Positions 13,966 through 27,799 of a stretch of DNA of 64,000 nt are shown piece by piece. Below the pieces are notes generated by a model, which did not search any database, was not told the origin of the DNA, and saw only the letters and a program-made list of their open reading frames with translations. Origin of the DNA: Mobula hypostoma (Eukaryota); assembly GCF_963921235.1 (NCBI RefSeq), contig NC_086097.1, positions 175,152,001 to 175,216,000 on the forward strand. Reading direction: 5' to 3'. The translations under genes were made by a program, and so were the position numbers. Within the stretch, counting starts at the first letter, position 1, and every line of letters begins with the position of its first letter.

Positions 13966-16129
13966 TTTATGTCTTGCACTGTACTACTGCCACAAAAACT
14001 TCATGACATTTGTCAGTGATAATAAACCGGATTCAGATTTTAATACCTTATTATGGCCATTGCATTCTATGTCTTCTCGCACTACACTTTCTCCATGACT
14101 GTAACACTGTATACTGCATTCTGTTACTGCTTTCCCCTTGCACTCTGCTGTTCTTGTGTTCTGTAAGGAGTCTCTGTATGTCCTCCCCATGGGTTTTCCT
14201 GGGTTGCTCCGGTTTCCTCCCACAGTCCAAAGACATACCGGCTAGGTTTATTGGTCATTGTAAATTGTCCCATGATTGGGTTAGGGTAAAATTGGGATTG
14301 TGGGTTTGCAGGGGTCGTGTGGCTCGAAGGGCCAAAAGGGCCTCCTCTGCACTGTGCTGCTAAATAAATAAAAAGAAACCAATTACAAATTACACCTGAA
14401 GTTTGCTGATCGTGCAGCCTCAATCGGTTCCTCAGTTCTTCCTCTGACGCAGCCTCTTGATGAGGAAGACTGCTCCCAGTCTGGTCCTGTGGGTTGGGGC
14501 AATGTGGGAAGCTCAGGCTCTCCCACGAATGGGACTGCAGGTGGTTGATAGGGTAGGTGGGTGGGTATTTGGCAAAATGGTGCAATCCCTCTGGTGTTTA
14601 CTCAGGGCCTCTGAGACTGGGGCCTTCTCAGAACCATCCTAAATAATCCTCCCCCACCTTGAGCTGTCATGGTCAGTGGTTCCCGGGAGTTGATGGGGGT
14701 GTTGCAGATCTTCAAGTAGACTAAGCTTCAGTTTTGTGCAACGCAATCTAATGGCTACCAGTAGAACAACCCAAAGCTCTCTAGTTTAACCTGGTGGCTG
14801 AAATATGAAATTGTTCAAGCTGAACTCCCGGATGTTAATATTCACAGTTAAGTGCGGTGATCAGAACTGGAAGCAGCATTGCAGCTGGGATAAATCCACT
14901 TCAGCCTAATGCGGCCTTTAACTCCCCTGACTTTGCAGTCAGTTTCTGGATGACAAGAGCTGACTTGCTTTACTTACTTCCCTCTGATCTGATCCTTTTA
15001 AAGATCGTTTTACGTGCAGAGATATCTTTGGGTCCAAGTCCATAACTCGCTGAGAGTGGTCACACATGCAGCTGGGGTGGTAAAGAAAAGCATGTGGCAC
15101 GCTGCCTTTCACTGGTCGGAGCATTGAGCGTAAGATTCAGGAAGTCGTGCAGCAGCTTTGGTGAGGCTGCACTTGGAATCCTTATAAAGAGACTCCATTG
15201 CAATTCCTTCATTGTTTCCTCAAAACATACGGTTACTGTAGATTACCCTATTGCAAATTCATGCTAACTCTTTAATTTACTCAAACTTCTCCAAGTGCCT
15301 CTTGATTATTTTCCTGCTAATTTCTTCTAAAACCTTAGCTACCATTGATGTCAAACTAGCCAGCCTGTGGATACTAGAAATGCTGCTACAGCCTTATTTG
15401 AAGTAGGATGTCACTTTCCAACCCTATATCACCTTGTCCTAACATTAGAGAGGTTGGAAGATCCGAGTCCATTCGTTTAATTTGACTCCATTTCCCTTGG
15501 TAAGACCTCCAGTGCTGGCCATCACACTGATGCCAGGCCTCACTGCCCATAAAGGTTAAAACACAGAACACAGAGCAGTCCAGCACAGTAAGGGCCCTTT
15601 GGCTCACCAGGATGTCCCAGTGAAGTGTGCTGTTTGTCTCAATGACCAGCAGAGTCTGAGGATGTGCTGGGGGCAGCTGGCATGTGGCACTTTGCTTCTG
15701 GTGCCAACGTAGCATTCCTACAATTATTAACCATGGGCAATATGTCTTTGGACTCTGGGAGGAAATTGGAGCAGCAGGAGGTATCCCACGTAGTCACGGA
15801 GAGAACGTACAAACTCCTTACAGACAGCAGCGGGAATTGAACTCTGCTGGCGCTGTAGAGCATTACACTAACCGTTGTGCTACCACAAGATAACTCTTCC
15901 CTCCTACACAGTCCATAACCCTCCATTTTTCTCTTTCATCCATGTGCCCATCTAAGAGTCTCTTAAATCTCTTTAATGTAACAGCCTCCACCACCAGCCC
16001 TGGCAGTGCAGTTCACCCTATCCGTTATCCCATCCGCCTCTCTTTCTACCAATCTTCTGTCACGATCTTCCCACATAGTAAACACCAATAAATGAATGTG
16101 CTAACTTCTTTTGTACTCCATGCTGCTCA

Positions 16130-18020
16130 ACGTAGACCAACTGGAAAGTGGGCAAAGGAACGACAGATGGAATTTAACTCGGAGAAGTGCTAACGGATGC
16201 ATTTTGGGAAGCTAAGCAGGACGTACACTGTGAACGGCAGGGCCCTGGGGGTGTTGTAGAGCAGAGAGACCTTGACGTACGAATGCATAGTTCCCTGAAA
16301 GTAATGACACAGTGAGGAAGGTTTTTGGCACACTTTCCTTATCCGCTGAGGATCTGAGTACAGGATATGAGGCATCATGTGAAAAATGCACAAGACATTT
16401 GTGACACACCATCTGTGGACTTTCTCATATTTCAGATGTTAATGAGACTGCTCCTGAAATATTGCGCAGGTTTCTGGTCACCGTACTACAGGAAAGATGT
16501 TACTGAGCTAGTGAGGGTGAAGAAGAGCTTCACAAGGATGTTTCCATCACTGGAGAGCTTGGCCGTAAGGGGAGACGGGGTCACTGGAGAGCTTGGCCGT
16601 GAGGGGAGACGGGGTCACTGGAGAGCTTGGCCGTGACGGGAGACGGGGTCACTGGAGAGCTTGGCCGTGACGGGAGACGGGGTCACTGGAGAGCTTGGCC
16701 GTGACGGGAGACGGGGTCACTGGAGAGCTTGGCCGTGACGGGAGACGGGGTCACTGGAGAGCTTGGCCGTGACGGGAGACGGGGTCACTGGAGAGCTTGG
16801 CCGTGACGGGAGACGGGGTCACTGGAGAGCTTGGCCGTGAGGGGAGACGGGGTCACTGGAGAGCTTGGCCGTGACGGGAGACGGGGTCACTGGAGAGCTT
16901 GGCCGTGACGGGAGACGGGGTCACTGGAGAGCTTGGCCGTGACGGGAGACGGGGTCACTGGAGAGCTTGGCCGTGAGGGGAGACGGGGTCACTGGAGAGC
17001 TTGGCCGTGAGGGGAGACGGGGTCACTGGAGAGCTTGGCCGTGACGGGAGACGGGGTCACTGGAGAGCTTGGCCGTGACGGGAGACGGGGTCACTGGAGA
17101 GCTTGGCCGTGACGGGAGACGGGGTCACTGGAGAGCTTGGCCGTGACGGGAGACGGGGTCACTGGAGAGCTTGGCCGTGACGGGAGACGGGGTCACTGGA
17201 GAGCTTGGCCGTGGCCGGAGAGCTTGGCCGTGACGGGAGACGGGGTCACTGGAGAGCTTGGCCGTGAGGGGAGACGGGGTCACTGGAGAGCTTGGCCGTG
17301 AGGGGAGACGGGGTCACTGGAGAGCTTGGCCGTGAGGGGAGACGGGGTCACTGGAGAGCTTGGCCGTGAGGGGAGACGGGGTCACTGGAGAGCTTGGCCG
17401 TGACGGGAGACGGGGTCACTGGAGAGCTTGGCCGTGACGGGAGACGGGGTCACTGGAGAGCTTGGCCGTGACGGGAGACGGGGTCACTGGAGAGCTTGGC
17501 CGTGAGGGGAGACGGGGTCACTGGAGAGCTTGGCCGTGACGGGAGACGGGGTCACTGGAGAGCTTGGCCGTGACGGGAGACGGGGTCACTGGAGAGCTTG
17601 GCCGTGAGGGGAGACGGGGTCACTGGAGTGCTTGGCCGTGAGGGGAGACGGGGTCACTGGAGAGCTTGGCCATGAGGGGAGACTGGGTCACCAGCAGCTG
17701 TTTCCCTGGGGCACTGGAGGTATGAAAGGTGCTGAATAAAATTGAGGGGTATAAACTGGGTGGTCACAGTCTTTCTCTGTGGAGGGAGTATGTTTAAAGT
17801 GAAGGAGGAAAAATTTAAAGGGGACCTGAAGAACATTCTTTTTCATGCAGAGAATGTGACAGATGTGGGTACAATTGCAACATTTTAATGACACTTGACT
17901 GGGTACATGGACAGGAAATGTTTAGGGAATATGAGCCAAACAGAGGCAAATGAGTGTAGCTCAGGTGGACACCTTTGTTGGCTTGGATGAGCTGGGTGAA
18001 AGGGCTATTTCTATGCTATT
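16130..18020 (+). mobile_element. Old CR1 3' fragment hosting the minisatellite
   Basis: Remnants of QMEFNSEKC and YCAGFWSPYYRKDVTELVRVKKSFTRMFP before the array, and a CR1-type 3' UTR after it. Confidence 0.8.
16548..17690 (+). repeat. 34-bp minisatellite (VNTR), about 33 copies
   Basis: Unit cactggagagcttggccgtga(c/g)gggagacggggt, period 34 (tcactg at 16581 and 16615). One truncated unit near 17211. Confidence 0.97.
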
Positions 18021-18049
18021 TAAGTTGCTGATGACACCAAGGCCATTGG

Positions 18050-18720
18050 CTGAGTTAAAGGTAGGATCAGCATATAGGATGGAAATTGAAAATCTGGCTG
18101 AGTGGTGCCACCACAACATCGTACTCAACTTCAGCAAAACCGAAGAACTGATAATTAACGACAGGAGGAGGAAACCAGGGAGCCGTGAGCCAGTCCTCAT
18201 CAGGGCATCAGAGGTAGGGAGGGTCAGCAGCTTTAAATTCCTCAGCGTTATCATCTCAGGGGACCTGTCCTGCGCACAGTGTGTAATCACCATTATAAAG
18301 AAAGCATGGCAGCACTTACTTCGAAGTTTGCAGAGTTCAGCATGTCATCTAAAACTTTGACAAACTTCTATAGATGAGCTCTGAAGAGTATATTGACAGG
18401 TTGCATCACAGCCTGGTATGGAAACACCAATGCCCTTGAATGGGAAATCCTACAGAAAGTAGTGGATTCAGTCCAGTCCATCATGGGTGAAGCTCTCCTC
18501 ACCACTGAGCACAACAAGAAGGAGCACTGCGTGAGGAGGGCAGCATCCATCATCAAAGTACCCCAGCCCACCATCCAGCCATACTCTCTTCTGGCTACTG
18601 CCATCAGGAAGAAGGTACAGGAACCTCAGGACCAACACCACCAGGTCTACGAACAGTTCTAATCTTCAACCATCAGGCTCTTGAACCAGAGAGGATGACT
18701 TCACTCACCCCATCACTGAA
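18050..18720 (+). mobile_element. Rex1/Babar-like LINE 3' fragment
   Basis: LNFSKTEELII, VSSFKFLSVIIS and TGCITAWYGN. Similar fragments near 10070, 12170, 21050, 23060, 37660 and 45600. Confidence 0.8.
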
Positions 18721-19761
18721 CCGTGTCCACACCTATGGAACTCACTCACAGAGACAAACAGCATGGAAACAGACCCTTACCTCCTACAAGTCTGTACTAA
18801 CCATTATTACTCTTTCCCCACCCCCCCACCATTTACATTAATCCTACTTTAATTCATTTAAAATTTTTTATCATATTCTCAGTAAATCTTCCCAGATTTT
18901 GCCACTCTTACATGGGGGGAAAATTAACCCACCACCCCAAACATCTTTGGGATAGGGAAAGAAACCAGTCACAGGGAGAATATCCACAGGGAAACTCCAC
19001 AAAGACAGTGCCAGAGGTCAGACTCGAACCTGAATCTCCAGTGCTGTGAGGCAGAGGCTCTACTAGCTACACCACTGTGCTGCCCAACATTCCAGGAGGC
19101 AAAATGGGGAACCTCCAGTTTTCAGAGATGCCAGAGAAACTGCAGAGACTGGAAATCTGGAGCAAGACAGTGGGTCAGGCAGCATCTGCGGAGGGAAATG
19201 AATAGTGGACATTTTGGGTTGAGACCCTTCATCTGAAGCTTCAATTCACATTTTCCAGGGCAAGTTATATCCTTCATTAGGTACCTGAAGCTGCATGTGT
19301 TCCATCCTAAAACACTTAGCTGCCACTGCAGTGTGATTAAACTGGAGCAACTTCTCTAGAAAACAAGGCAGCAATTTTTGCACAACAAATATGCCAAAAA
19401 ATGCAATGCAGTTGAGGTCAGAAGATCAGTTCTTTTTTAATTAGGTGCTGGATAAGCATCTAAGAACAACTATAAACCGATACCCACGCAATGATTGATG
19501 AAACCTTTGCATTATGTGCATTATAATAATCACAGGGAAATTTAATCTTCTTATGGACTGGGCTAACCAAATTAACAATAATGATGTGAGGGCAAATTCC
19601 GGCATGGAAAACGCTTGTGTTCCAGATCAATATGTTTAGAATTTGATGAGAGTGCAGAATTATTTCAGAGCAAGTGATGTAGAATGAGGAAGGATTAGAG
19701 CATAGAACATAGAACAGTACAGACCCTTCTGCCCACACTGTGGGCACCTACTCTGATCAAC

Positions 19762-20156
19762 CTAGGGTGCGTAGGGCCCTGGACTGAGGTAGAACCTTTG
19801 ACGTCTAGCAGCTGCACTCTACCTTGTAGGGTGAATGGGCATCACTGGTCCTCATCTGTCTGCTGAATCTCTCAGGTTTGCCTCCAGCTGGCACTGGAAC
19901 ATACTGCTTCAGCTGGCGAGCTAAACGATGTGAGGGGTTATGTTAACATGGCACCACTGGGAGAAGGACCTCGTTGACCAAGTCACCTGTCAGGGTGGGT
20001 AAGTTCCCCAAAGAATTACAACGGCCATGTGTTGGAGACGAGGGTGAGCCACCGAGTTGGAGGACATTGGCTATGGTCTGGCCCGGAGAGGGATGGTGTT
20101 CCCTGGCCTCACCAGCCCAAGACACGTGGCATATGTTAAAAAAAAAAAAAAAAAAA
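19762..20156 (+). mobile_element. Short poly(A)-tailed retroposon, possibly a non-autonomous RTE derivative
   Basis: Ends in an uninterrupted A run (20138-20156). The 3' part resembles RTE C-terminal/3' UTR sequence. No ORF of note. Confidence 0.45.
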
Positions 20157-22190
20157 TGGAAGTTTGCCCTGAAACCAAGGCCTTAAATATAAATGAAACT
20201 AATGAGAAAATTGTGAGCTGTGTGTTGGCTGTGATCGTTGGCCTAACAGTCAATGAGCTGTAATTACATATGAGAGCATTGAAATCTGGAGCAAAGAAAC
20301 AAACTGCTGGAGGAACTGAGAAGGCCAAGCAGCAGCTGTGGAGGGAAAGGAATGGATGCCGTTTCAGGCTAAATGAGCAATGGCAGATATTCAAACTAAA
20401 AGGATCAGAAAGTAGAATGTCAATTGTAAAGGTACATAATAATGTCAGAGAGAAAGAGTAAGGAGTGGCAATATTTCAGAATTCCACAAAAGGGGGCTAG
20501 GAGCCAAATGTGGGCAGATGGGACAAGCTCTTTGGGCAACACAGTTGGCATGTCAACTTGGGCCGTAGACTATCTAACACTATGACTCTCTGACTGAAAG
20601 GGGAAAAGGAAAGGGGAACATCAGACCAGTTAAACTGGTTGGGAAATTGCAGGAAACAATTATTAACAGGTAGCAATAATGTCCTTAGAAAATAATAGGA
20701 TTGTGCAGAATCAATAACGCATTTGGGAAAGAAAAGTAATGTTTAACAAATCCTTCGGAGATTATAACTATCATAGTAGAAAAAGTTGCATTAGTTGATT
20801 TGTATTGGTATTGCTTTATTATTGAAACACAAATAGAGATAGAAAAGCTTTTGATTTGCATGCCTTGAGGACAGGTTATTCATTGAGATAATAAAAAGAC
20901 AACAGAATACAGAATATAGTGTTGTGGTTACAGGGAAACTGCAGTGCAGGCAGATAATAAAGTGCAAGGACTACAGTGAGGTAGATGGGGAGATCAGGAG
21001 TTCAACTTTGGTGTATGAGAGTTCCATTCAAGAGTTTGGTAACAGTGGGATAGAAGCTGTCCTGTGTTTGATGGTTCATCCTCTCAATGTCTTCAGTCCA
21101 ATGGGAGAGGGGAGGGGAGAGGAGAGGAGAGAATGCCTGGGGCAGGAGGTATCTTTGGTTATGTTAGCTGCGTTCCTGAGACTGTGGGAACTGTAGACAG
21201 ATTCAATAGGGAGGAAGTTTTTTGTGATGCACTGAGCTGTATCCACTACTCTGCAATTTCTTCTGGTTGTGAACACATTTCAAAGTTCAAGCTCAAAGTA
21301 AATCTTTTATCAAAGTACTGTACACACTGTATATGCCACCCTGTAGTCCTCTTCAACTTGTAGATATTTACAGTAGAACAAAGAAATACAATAAAATCAG
21401 TGAAAAGCTGCACACAAGGGCTGCAAACAACCAATGTGCAAAAGACAAACTGTGCAAATATAAAAATAAATAACTAGATGGGTAAATAATACTGAGAACA
21501 AAGCAGTTACCAACCATAACAAGCCCTAAAGTATCCAGATAGGGCACTTTCTATAGAGCAACTAGAAAAATTGGTGAGTCGTCGGGGCACACACATTTCC
21601 TTAGCCTTCTGAGGATGTGGAGGTGATATGCTGGTGTTCAGAAGTCCTTTGTAGAAGAGGTTATGAAATAAACTCTGAGCATGTGCAGTTGGAGGCAATA
21701 TATCAGTGTGGATTGGAGTTAAAGTAACAGATAGCAGGCTTATGGTTGGAATAGTGTGCTGGATCCAGATGTTCACCATCTATTGCTATGGTGAGGGGAC
21801 GAGTGTAATATAATCCAAGTTTGCTAGTTATCCGAAGCCAGGTGGCAGTGCGGCCGTGAGGAATTCACAGAGAAGCTTTGGGGGAGTGGGGTGCTGGTGA
21901 GGATAGGCAGATGGAATATAGTGTGGAAAGATGAGGTCACTCACTCTGGATAGATATTCTATCTGATGAGAAATTTGAATGATGTCAGTTCTCAGAAGCA
22001 ATCTGGCTGTCCTTGTACATTGATCACTGAAAATGAACATGCAAGGACAGTTGAGAAGCAGGAAAACATAGAGTATGTTGGTAGGCAAGATAATTTAACT
22101 AATTGTTTCTGCATGAGAATTACTATACAAAAGCAACAATGCCCTGCTGCGATAGATCGTGCTCCACTGAGAATTCATGTGGAATACTGT

Positions 22191-23032
22191 ACTACAGCAT
22201 GTCAGCCTGGCAAGTAGAATTGAAAAGAATTTAGGTGTCCTTGCATGCAAATCATTGCAAATCAGCCTTAGTGTAAGAAGTGCGCGCAAATCTTGCCTCA
22301 GTTATCTGAGCAAGATAAGATGTCCAGATCTTGAGGCTTTAGAGAGGGTACAGATGAGATTTACCAGGATAATATCTAGATTAGAGATTAGTAGCTCTAA
22401 GGAGAGATTGGAAAACTTGGGAAGTTTTCTCTGGAACATTGGAGGCTTAGGGACGACCTGATAGAAGCAAAACATTTAGAGAGGTTTAGATGGGGTAGGC
22501 AGTCCAAATCAGGGGTGGATCATCATATTCTGGGGTAGATAGTCAGAGCCTTTTTACCATTACATCACAAATACCAGAGGACATAACTTTAAGGAAAAGG
22601 AGAAATGGGGAAAGTTTGAAGGAAATTTATGAAGCATTTCTTGCGCAGAGATTGATAGTTGCCTGGTAATGTGGTGGAAGCAGGTACAATGTCAATGTTT
22701 AAGAGGCTTTTAGTTGGCAGGGGATGTGGGAGGTGAGTAGAGACCATGTACAGACAAATGGGGTTAGTTTAATTTGGCATCTTGATTGGCACAGACATTG
22801 GGAGCTGAAAGGATTAAGGGGCATGTTTTATTCTTCATGTGCATATTCCTGCCTCTATTCTTGATGTTCTCCCGAGAGACCAAAACTATGCAGATTATTG
22901 GCTTCACCCAAGCTCAGATAACTGAAGCAAGATTTGCGCACAGTTCTTACATTAAGGCTGATTTGCAATGATTTGCATGCAAGGGCACCTAAATTCTTTT
23001 CAATTCTACTTGCCAGGCTGACATGCTGTAGT
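22191..23032. repeat. Inverted duplication, 121-bp arms (22191-22311 and 22912-23032)
   Basis: actacagcatgtcagcctggcaagtagaattgaaaagaatttagg... recurs as its reverse complement with only a few mismatches. Confidence 0.9.
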
Positions 23033-23781
23033 TCAAGGTTATTAAAGCCCTTACTAATTTCTCATGGTTGAAGTGATGTATCACTGTCTGGCACAGAGGC
23101 TCTAATGCACAAATTCACAAGAGGCTGCACAAGGCTGGAGATTCAACACTCTCCGCCAAGGGCAATAGCCTCCACATCATCAAAGACTTCTTAAAGAGGC
23201 TGTGCCTCAAGGGGGCAGCTCTCATTGCTAAGGACTCTCACCATCCAGGGCATGCTCCCTTCTCATTATTACCAATGGGAAGGAGGTACAGGGGCTAAAG
23301 ACCCACACTCAGAGTTTTAGGAACAACTTTGTTCCCTCTGCTGTTGGGGTCTTCACTTTTCCTCCTTTGCACAACCCACACAAAACGTAGGAGGAACTCA
23401 GTAAGGCAGGCAGCATCCACTGAGGGGAAATAAACAGTCAATGTTTCAGGCTGAAACCCTTCATCAGATTCTGATTCTAATCATCTGCTTTCTGGTGTGT
23501 GGATTACTTGCTATGTTTTCACATCATACTCCACACATCCCCTGCCTTCCCAGTCCCCTGAACTGAAAAGCCTAGATAGAGTCAACATGGAGAGAGGATG
23601 TTTCCAATAATGGGGGAGTCTCGGACCAGAGGGTGCATTCTCAGAATAGGAACGTCCCTTTAGAACAGAGATGAGGAGGAATTTCTTTAGCCTGACTGTA
23701 ATAGATCACTGAAATTCATTGCCACGTATGGCTTTGGAGGGCTAAGTCATTGAGTATATTTGAAGCTGATAGGTTCTGCTT

Positions 23782-24097
23782 GTGTGAGCACGTGGCCAAG
23801 TGGTTAAGGCATTGGACTAGCAACCTGAAGGTCGTGAGTTTGAGTCCCAGCCGAGGCAACTTGTTGTGTCTTTGAGCAAGGCACTTAATCACACATTGCT
23901 CTGCGATGACATTGGTGCCAAGCTGTATGGGTCCTAATACCCTTCCCTTGGACAACATTGGTGTCGTGGAGGGGGGAGACTTGCAGCATGGGCAACTGCC
24001 GGTCTTCCAGACAACCTTGCCCAGGCCTGTGCCCTGGAGAGTGAAGACTTTCCAGGTACAGATCCATGGTCTCGCAAGATTAATGGTTGCCTTAAAA
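23782..24097 (+). mobile_element. tRNA-derived SINE with CORE-like central domain
   Basis: A box tggccaagtgg, B-box-like gagtttgagtcc, central gtgtctttgagcaaggcacttaa. 11-bp TSD aggttctgctt at 23771-23781 and 24098-24108, inside a CR1 tail. Confidence 0.85.
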
Positions 24098-27000
24098 AGG
24101 TTCTGCTTAATAGGGTGACAAAGGTTACAGGGAGAAGACAGGAGAATGGGGTTGAGAGGAAAAATAAATCAACCATGATGGAAAGGTGGAGCAGACTCGA
24201 TGGGCTGAATGGCCTAATTCTGCTCCTATGTCTTGTGGTCTGATGTCACTCCACACCCTTCTGCTGAGTTCCTCTAATTTTTATGAGTGAAGCTCTTGAA
24301 TTCCAGCATCTGCAGAATCTCTTGTGTTTTGAAAAAACAGATTTATTATCTAATTACTTGGTGGCATCTGAATTTACAACCCAGAAGCTAAGTTAGAAAC
24401 TTAACCACCATGCTTCCAAACCACATTTTCTAGTAGCTTCATTTATCCACGATTCATATAATATTTTTAATCTCAATTTTAATTTTAATTAATTTATCTT
24501 CAGTGCTGGGATTTGAACTGTGACTTCATTTGAGGTAAAAAACTTCCAAGGTATTTTTGAGAAAATGATGGCATCACCAATGAATCAGAGTTGCCACAAG
24601 CAAGAATTTCTGCTGTTGGTTTCTACCTCACTGACTTCTACAGTTAATTCCAGTTTTTACAAATCTTCAGTACTTTCATTACTTTTTCCATAATGGCATA
24701 GAAAGAGGCTATTCAGCCCCTCTGGTCCATGCTGACTTTCAGAGCATTCCAGTCAGTCCCATCCCCCTACTTATTATTCTGTGCCTATTCCCCAAAGTTG
24801 ATTCCAAGCAGCAGCAATAAAACAGAAGTTTTACAGTGGCCATAACCCACCATCTTTGAGGCATGGAGTCATAGAGTCATTCAGGCCTTCCAGCGCATCG
24901 CAAGCACATCAGATACCCATATATATCCCTAGATAGGCTACATCAGGAGTACTGCATTCAGTTCTGGTAGCCCCATCCTAGGAAGAATGAGGAGGCTTTC
25001 AGAGGAGGTTCACCAGGATGCTGGCTGGATTGGAGGGCATGAGCTATGAGGAGAGTTGGACAAATTTGGGTTGTGGAAGCTGAGAGGAGATGTGATAAAA
25101 GTTAATCTGTTGTTTCTTTGCTTTGTGGCTGCCTGCAGGAGAACGAATTTCAGGGTTGTGTTCCATCTGCATACTTTAATAATAAATGTTCTTTGAATAT
25201 CTGAAGAGGCACAGATAGAGTAGACAGCTGGTATCTTTTATACCCAGGGTCAAAAAGTCTAAAACAGGGGGCAAGCATTGAAGGCAAGTGGGGTACGTTC
25301 ATGGGAGATATGTGGGGGAAGTGGTGGGTGTCTGGAATGGGCTGCCAGGGATGGTGGTGGAGGCAGGTGTTTTAAGAGTCTCTTGGATAGGCAAATGGAT
25401 ATATAGAGATTGGAGAGGTATGGAGCTTAAGTAGGCAGAAAGGATTAGTTCCATTAGGCACTTAGTTACTAGTTTCATTAGTTTGGCACATCTTGGGCCA
25501 AATGGCCAGTTGCTGTTATATGTCACATATCCTGTGTTTTGGTTTTGGTTTATTATTGTCACGTGCACCAGGATAAAGTAGAAAGTCTTGCAGACCATTC
25601 ATTACACAGTGCATTGGGCTAGAACAAGGTAAAACAATAACAATGCAGAATAAAGTGCAACAGTTACAAATGTGATCCCATTCTCCAGGTTACCTGGATA
25701 CTTCTGACATGTTGTAGGAATCGCTGCTTCCCCACGCACTGAGCTCTGGGAAGGAACTAGAGTTCCTCGGAAAACCCATGTTGGCACAGGGAGAAGGTGC
25801 AAGCTCCACGCTACAGCAGCGGAGACCAGAATTGAACCCATTCACTGGAGCTGAGGGAGAGGTGCTTCACACACACCGTACCCGTGTGAAGCCTGCGCCA
25901 CTTCACCGTTGTAGGAAATCCTACTCTGGTTTTTGGCCTTTGTTCCTGTTATCTAAGGGGAGAGGCTGGACTGGCCCTTGTTACTTCCTTGGCAAAGCAA
26001 GGTGATTCTATTGCAGCATGGGAGGCTGCAGATGCTGGTAGATTTGGCAGAGGGGGCATGGAGGTAAAACGGGGAATTATTTCATCCAAAGTGGAGATGG
26101 GGTCTGGAACTCGCTCCCTTCAGAGACAGGATACTTTCCGCTGATGATCACACAATGCTCAACACTACTCGCGTCTGCTCGGATAACAGAGTAGTCAGCC
26201 CCCAAATGTAGCAACAGCTGGGCGATATCCAGGGCCAGGCTGATGGGTGACAGCATCATTCGTGCCATTCCAGTGCCAGGGAATGATGACATCCAACACG
26301 AGGAAGTTAACCCCCACCCCCTGACATTCAATGGCCATGGGATTCATCGCCGAATTGCCACTAACTGTGTTCTAGGGGGTTGGGGGGATGGGGGCACAGT
26401 TGACCAGAAACTGGGCTGCAGTAGCATTTGGTTCTACAATTGTAAATGATTCAATGTCACGAGGCACGGATTTAAACTTCTAGGCAACTGAAAGATGTGA
26501 AGAGTCACAGTTATAAAGCAGAGAAAAAGACCTTCGGTCCATCTGGTCTTCCATCTAGTCCCATCTCTCGTCCATGTACCTCTCCAATCTTTTCTTAAAT
26601 GTTAAAATTGAACCAGCATCTGCCACTTCTACTGGCAGCTCATTCTGTACTCTCACAACCCTCTGAGTTCTCTTTAAATTTCCCTTAAATATTTCACCTA
26701 ATTATGTGTGGCAGAAGGGATTGATATAATCAGGCATCACGCTCGACATAGACGTCCTGGGCAGCAGGACCTGCTCCTGTGCTGTACTGTGCTATGGTCT
26801 ATGTCTGTGTTCAATACTCTATGTTCTCTGCTTACGGGGGAAGTGTAAAACGGAGTCCTTACAGGGGAACTGGATGGGCATCAGAGAGGGAATGATTTCC
26901 AGGTCTGTGGGGAAAGAGCAGGGAAGTGGAACTGATGGAATTTCCCCTTTAGGAGCCAGCATCGACTCAATGGGCCAAATATCCCCCCTTTTTGTGCCAC

Positions 27001-27799
27001 CACAGTTCTAGGATTCTCACTCACAATCCCATCACAAGATGGAACCGGGGATATTTACAGCAGAAGGATTCAAAGTACATTTATTATCAAAGTATGTATG
27101 GAGTTTACAACCCTGAGATTTGCCTTCTCCACAGACAGCCAGAAAACAAAGAAAAAAAACCATGGAACCCATTCAAAGAAAAAAATACCAACACTACCCC
27201 CTACACACGCAAAAAAAAAGTGCAAAGTTAAAAATAGAACAGATCAAAATGATTATCAGGCAGCATGGAGAGTCCACAGAAAATTAAACTCCTCTATTTT
27301 TAACATAAATCCCTTTGATATTGTTTAAACAATGGTTGGCTGCCTGGAAACAGACATTTGATTCTCTGAGCCCTCACATAGTCATTGAAGATGCGTTACT
27401 CCAGGAATTTGATTATTGCATGGTTTTATGTGGATGTGTTAATCCAACCCTTTGCATTCATTGCAGGATATTCTCAGGCAGGGCTTACAGGGAGCCAACA
27501 GTCTAACGTATTATCTTAATTACTCTCTCAATGCAAAGCTTGCTGAAGGTTACAGCTCCAGCCTCCCAAGGCCATGTGTGCTTATGCTCTCCTGACATTT
27601 CCAGTGAAACTAAGGCAAGAGCTTGCTCCATCCTGGTCAATCCCAATGTTGAGAGACCCCTGCAATAGTTCTGAAGCCTATTTTTAGACGATGACAACAG
27701 CCAGGGTCCTGACAGCTGGGTGAGATGTGTTCACCACAGCTGGGAGTTTATCGAGGGTTAGTGCAGTCTGGCAAAGACCTTCATCTCACCATCGGCGGC

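Noticed and set aside
16548..17690. CRISPR-like array (repeat of about 34 bp)
   Set aside because: The units are directly tandem with no unique spacers, there are no cas genes, and the context is eukaryotic.
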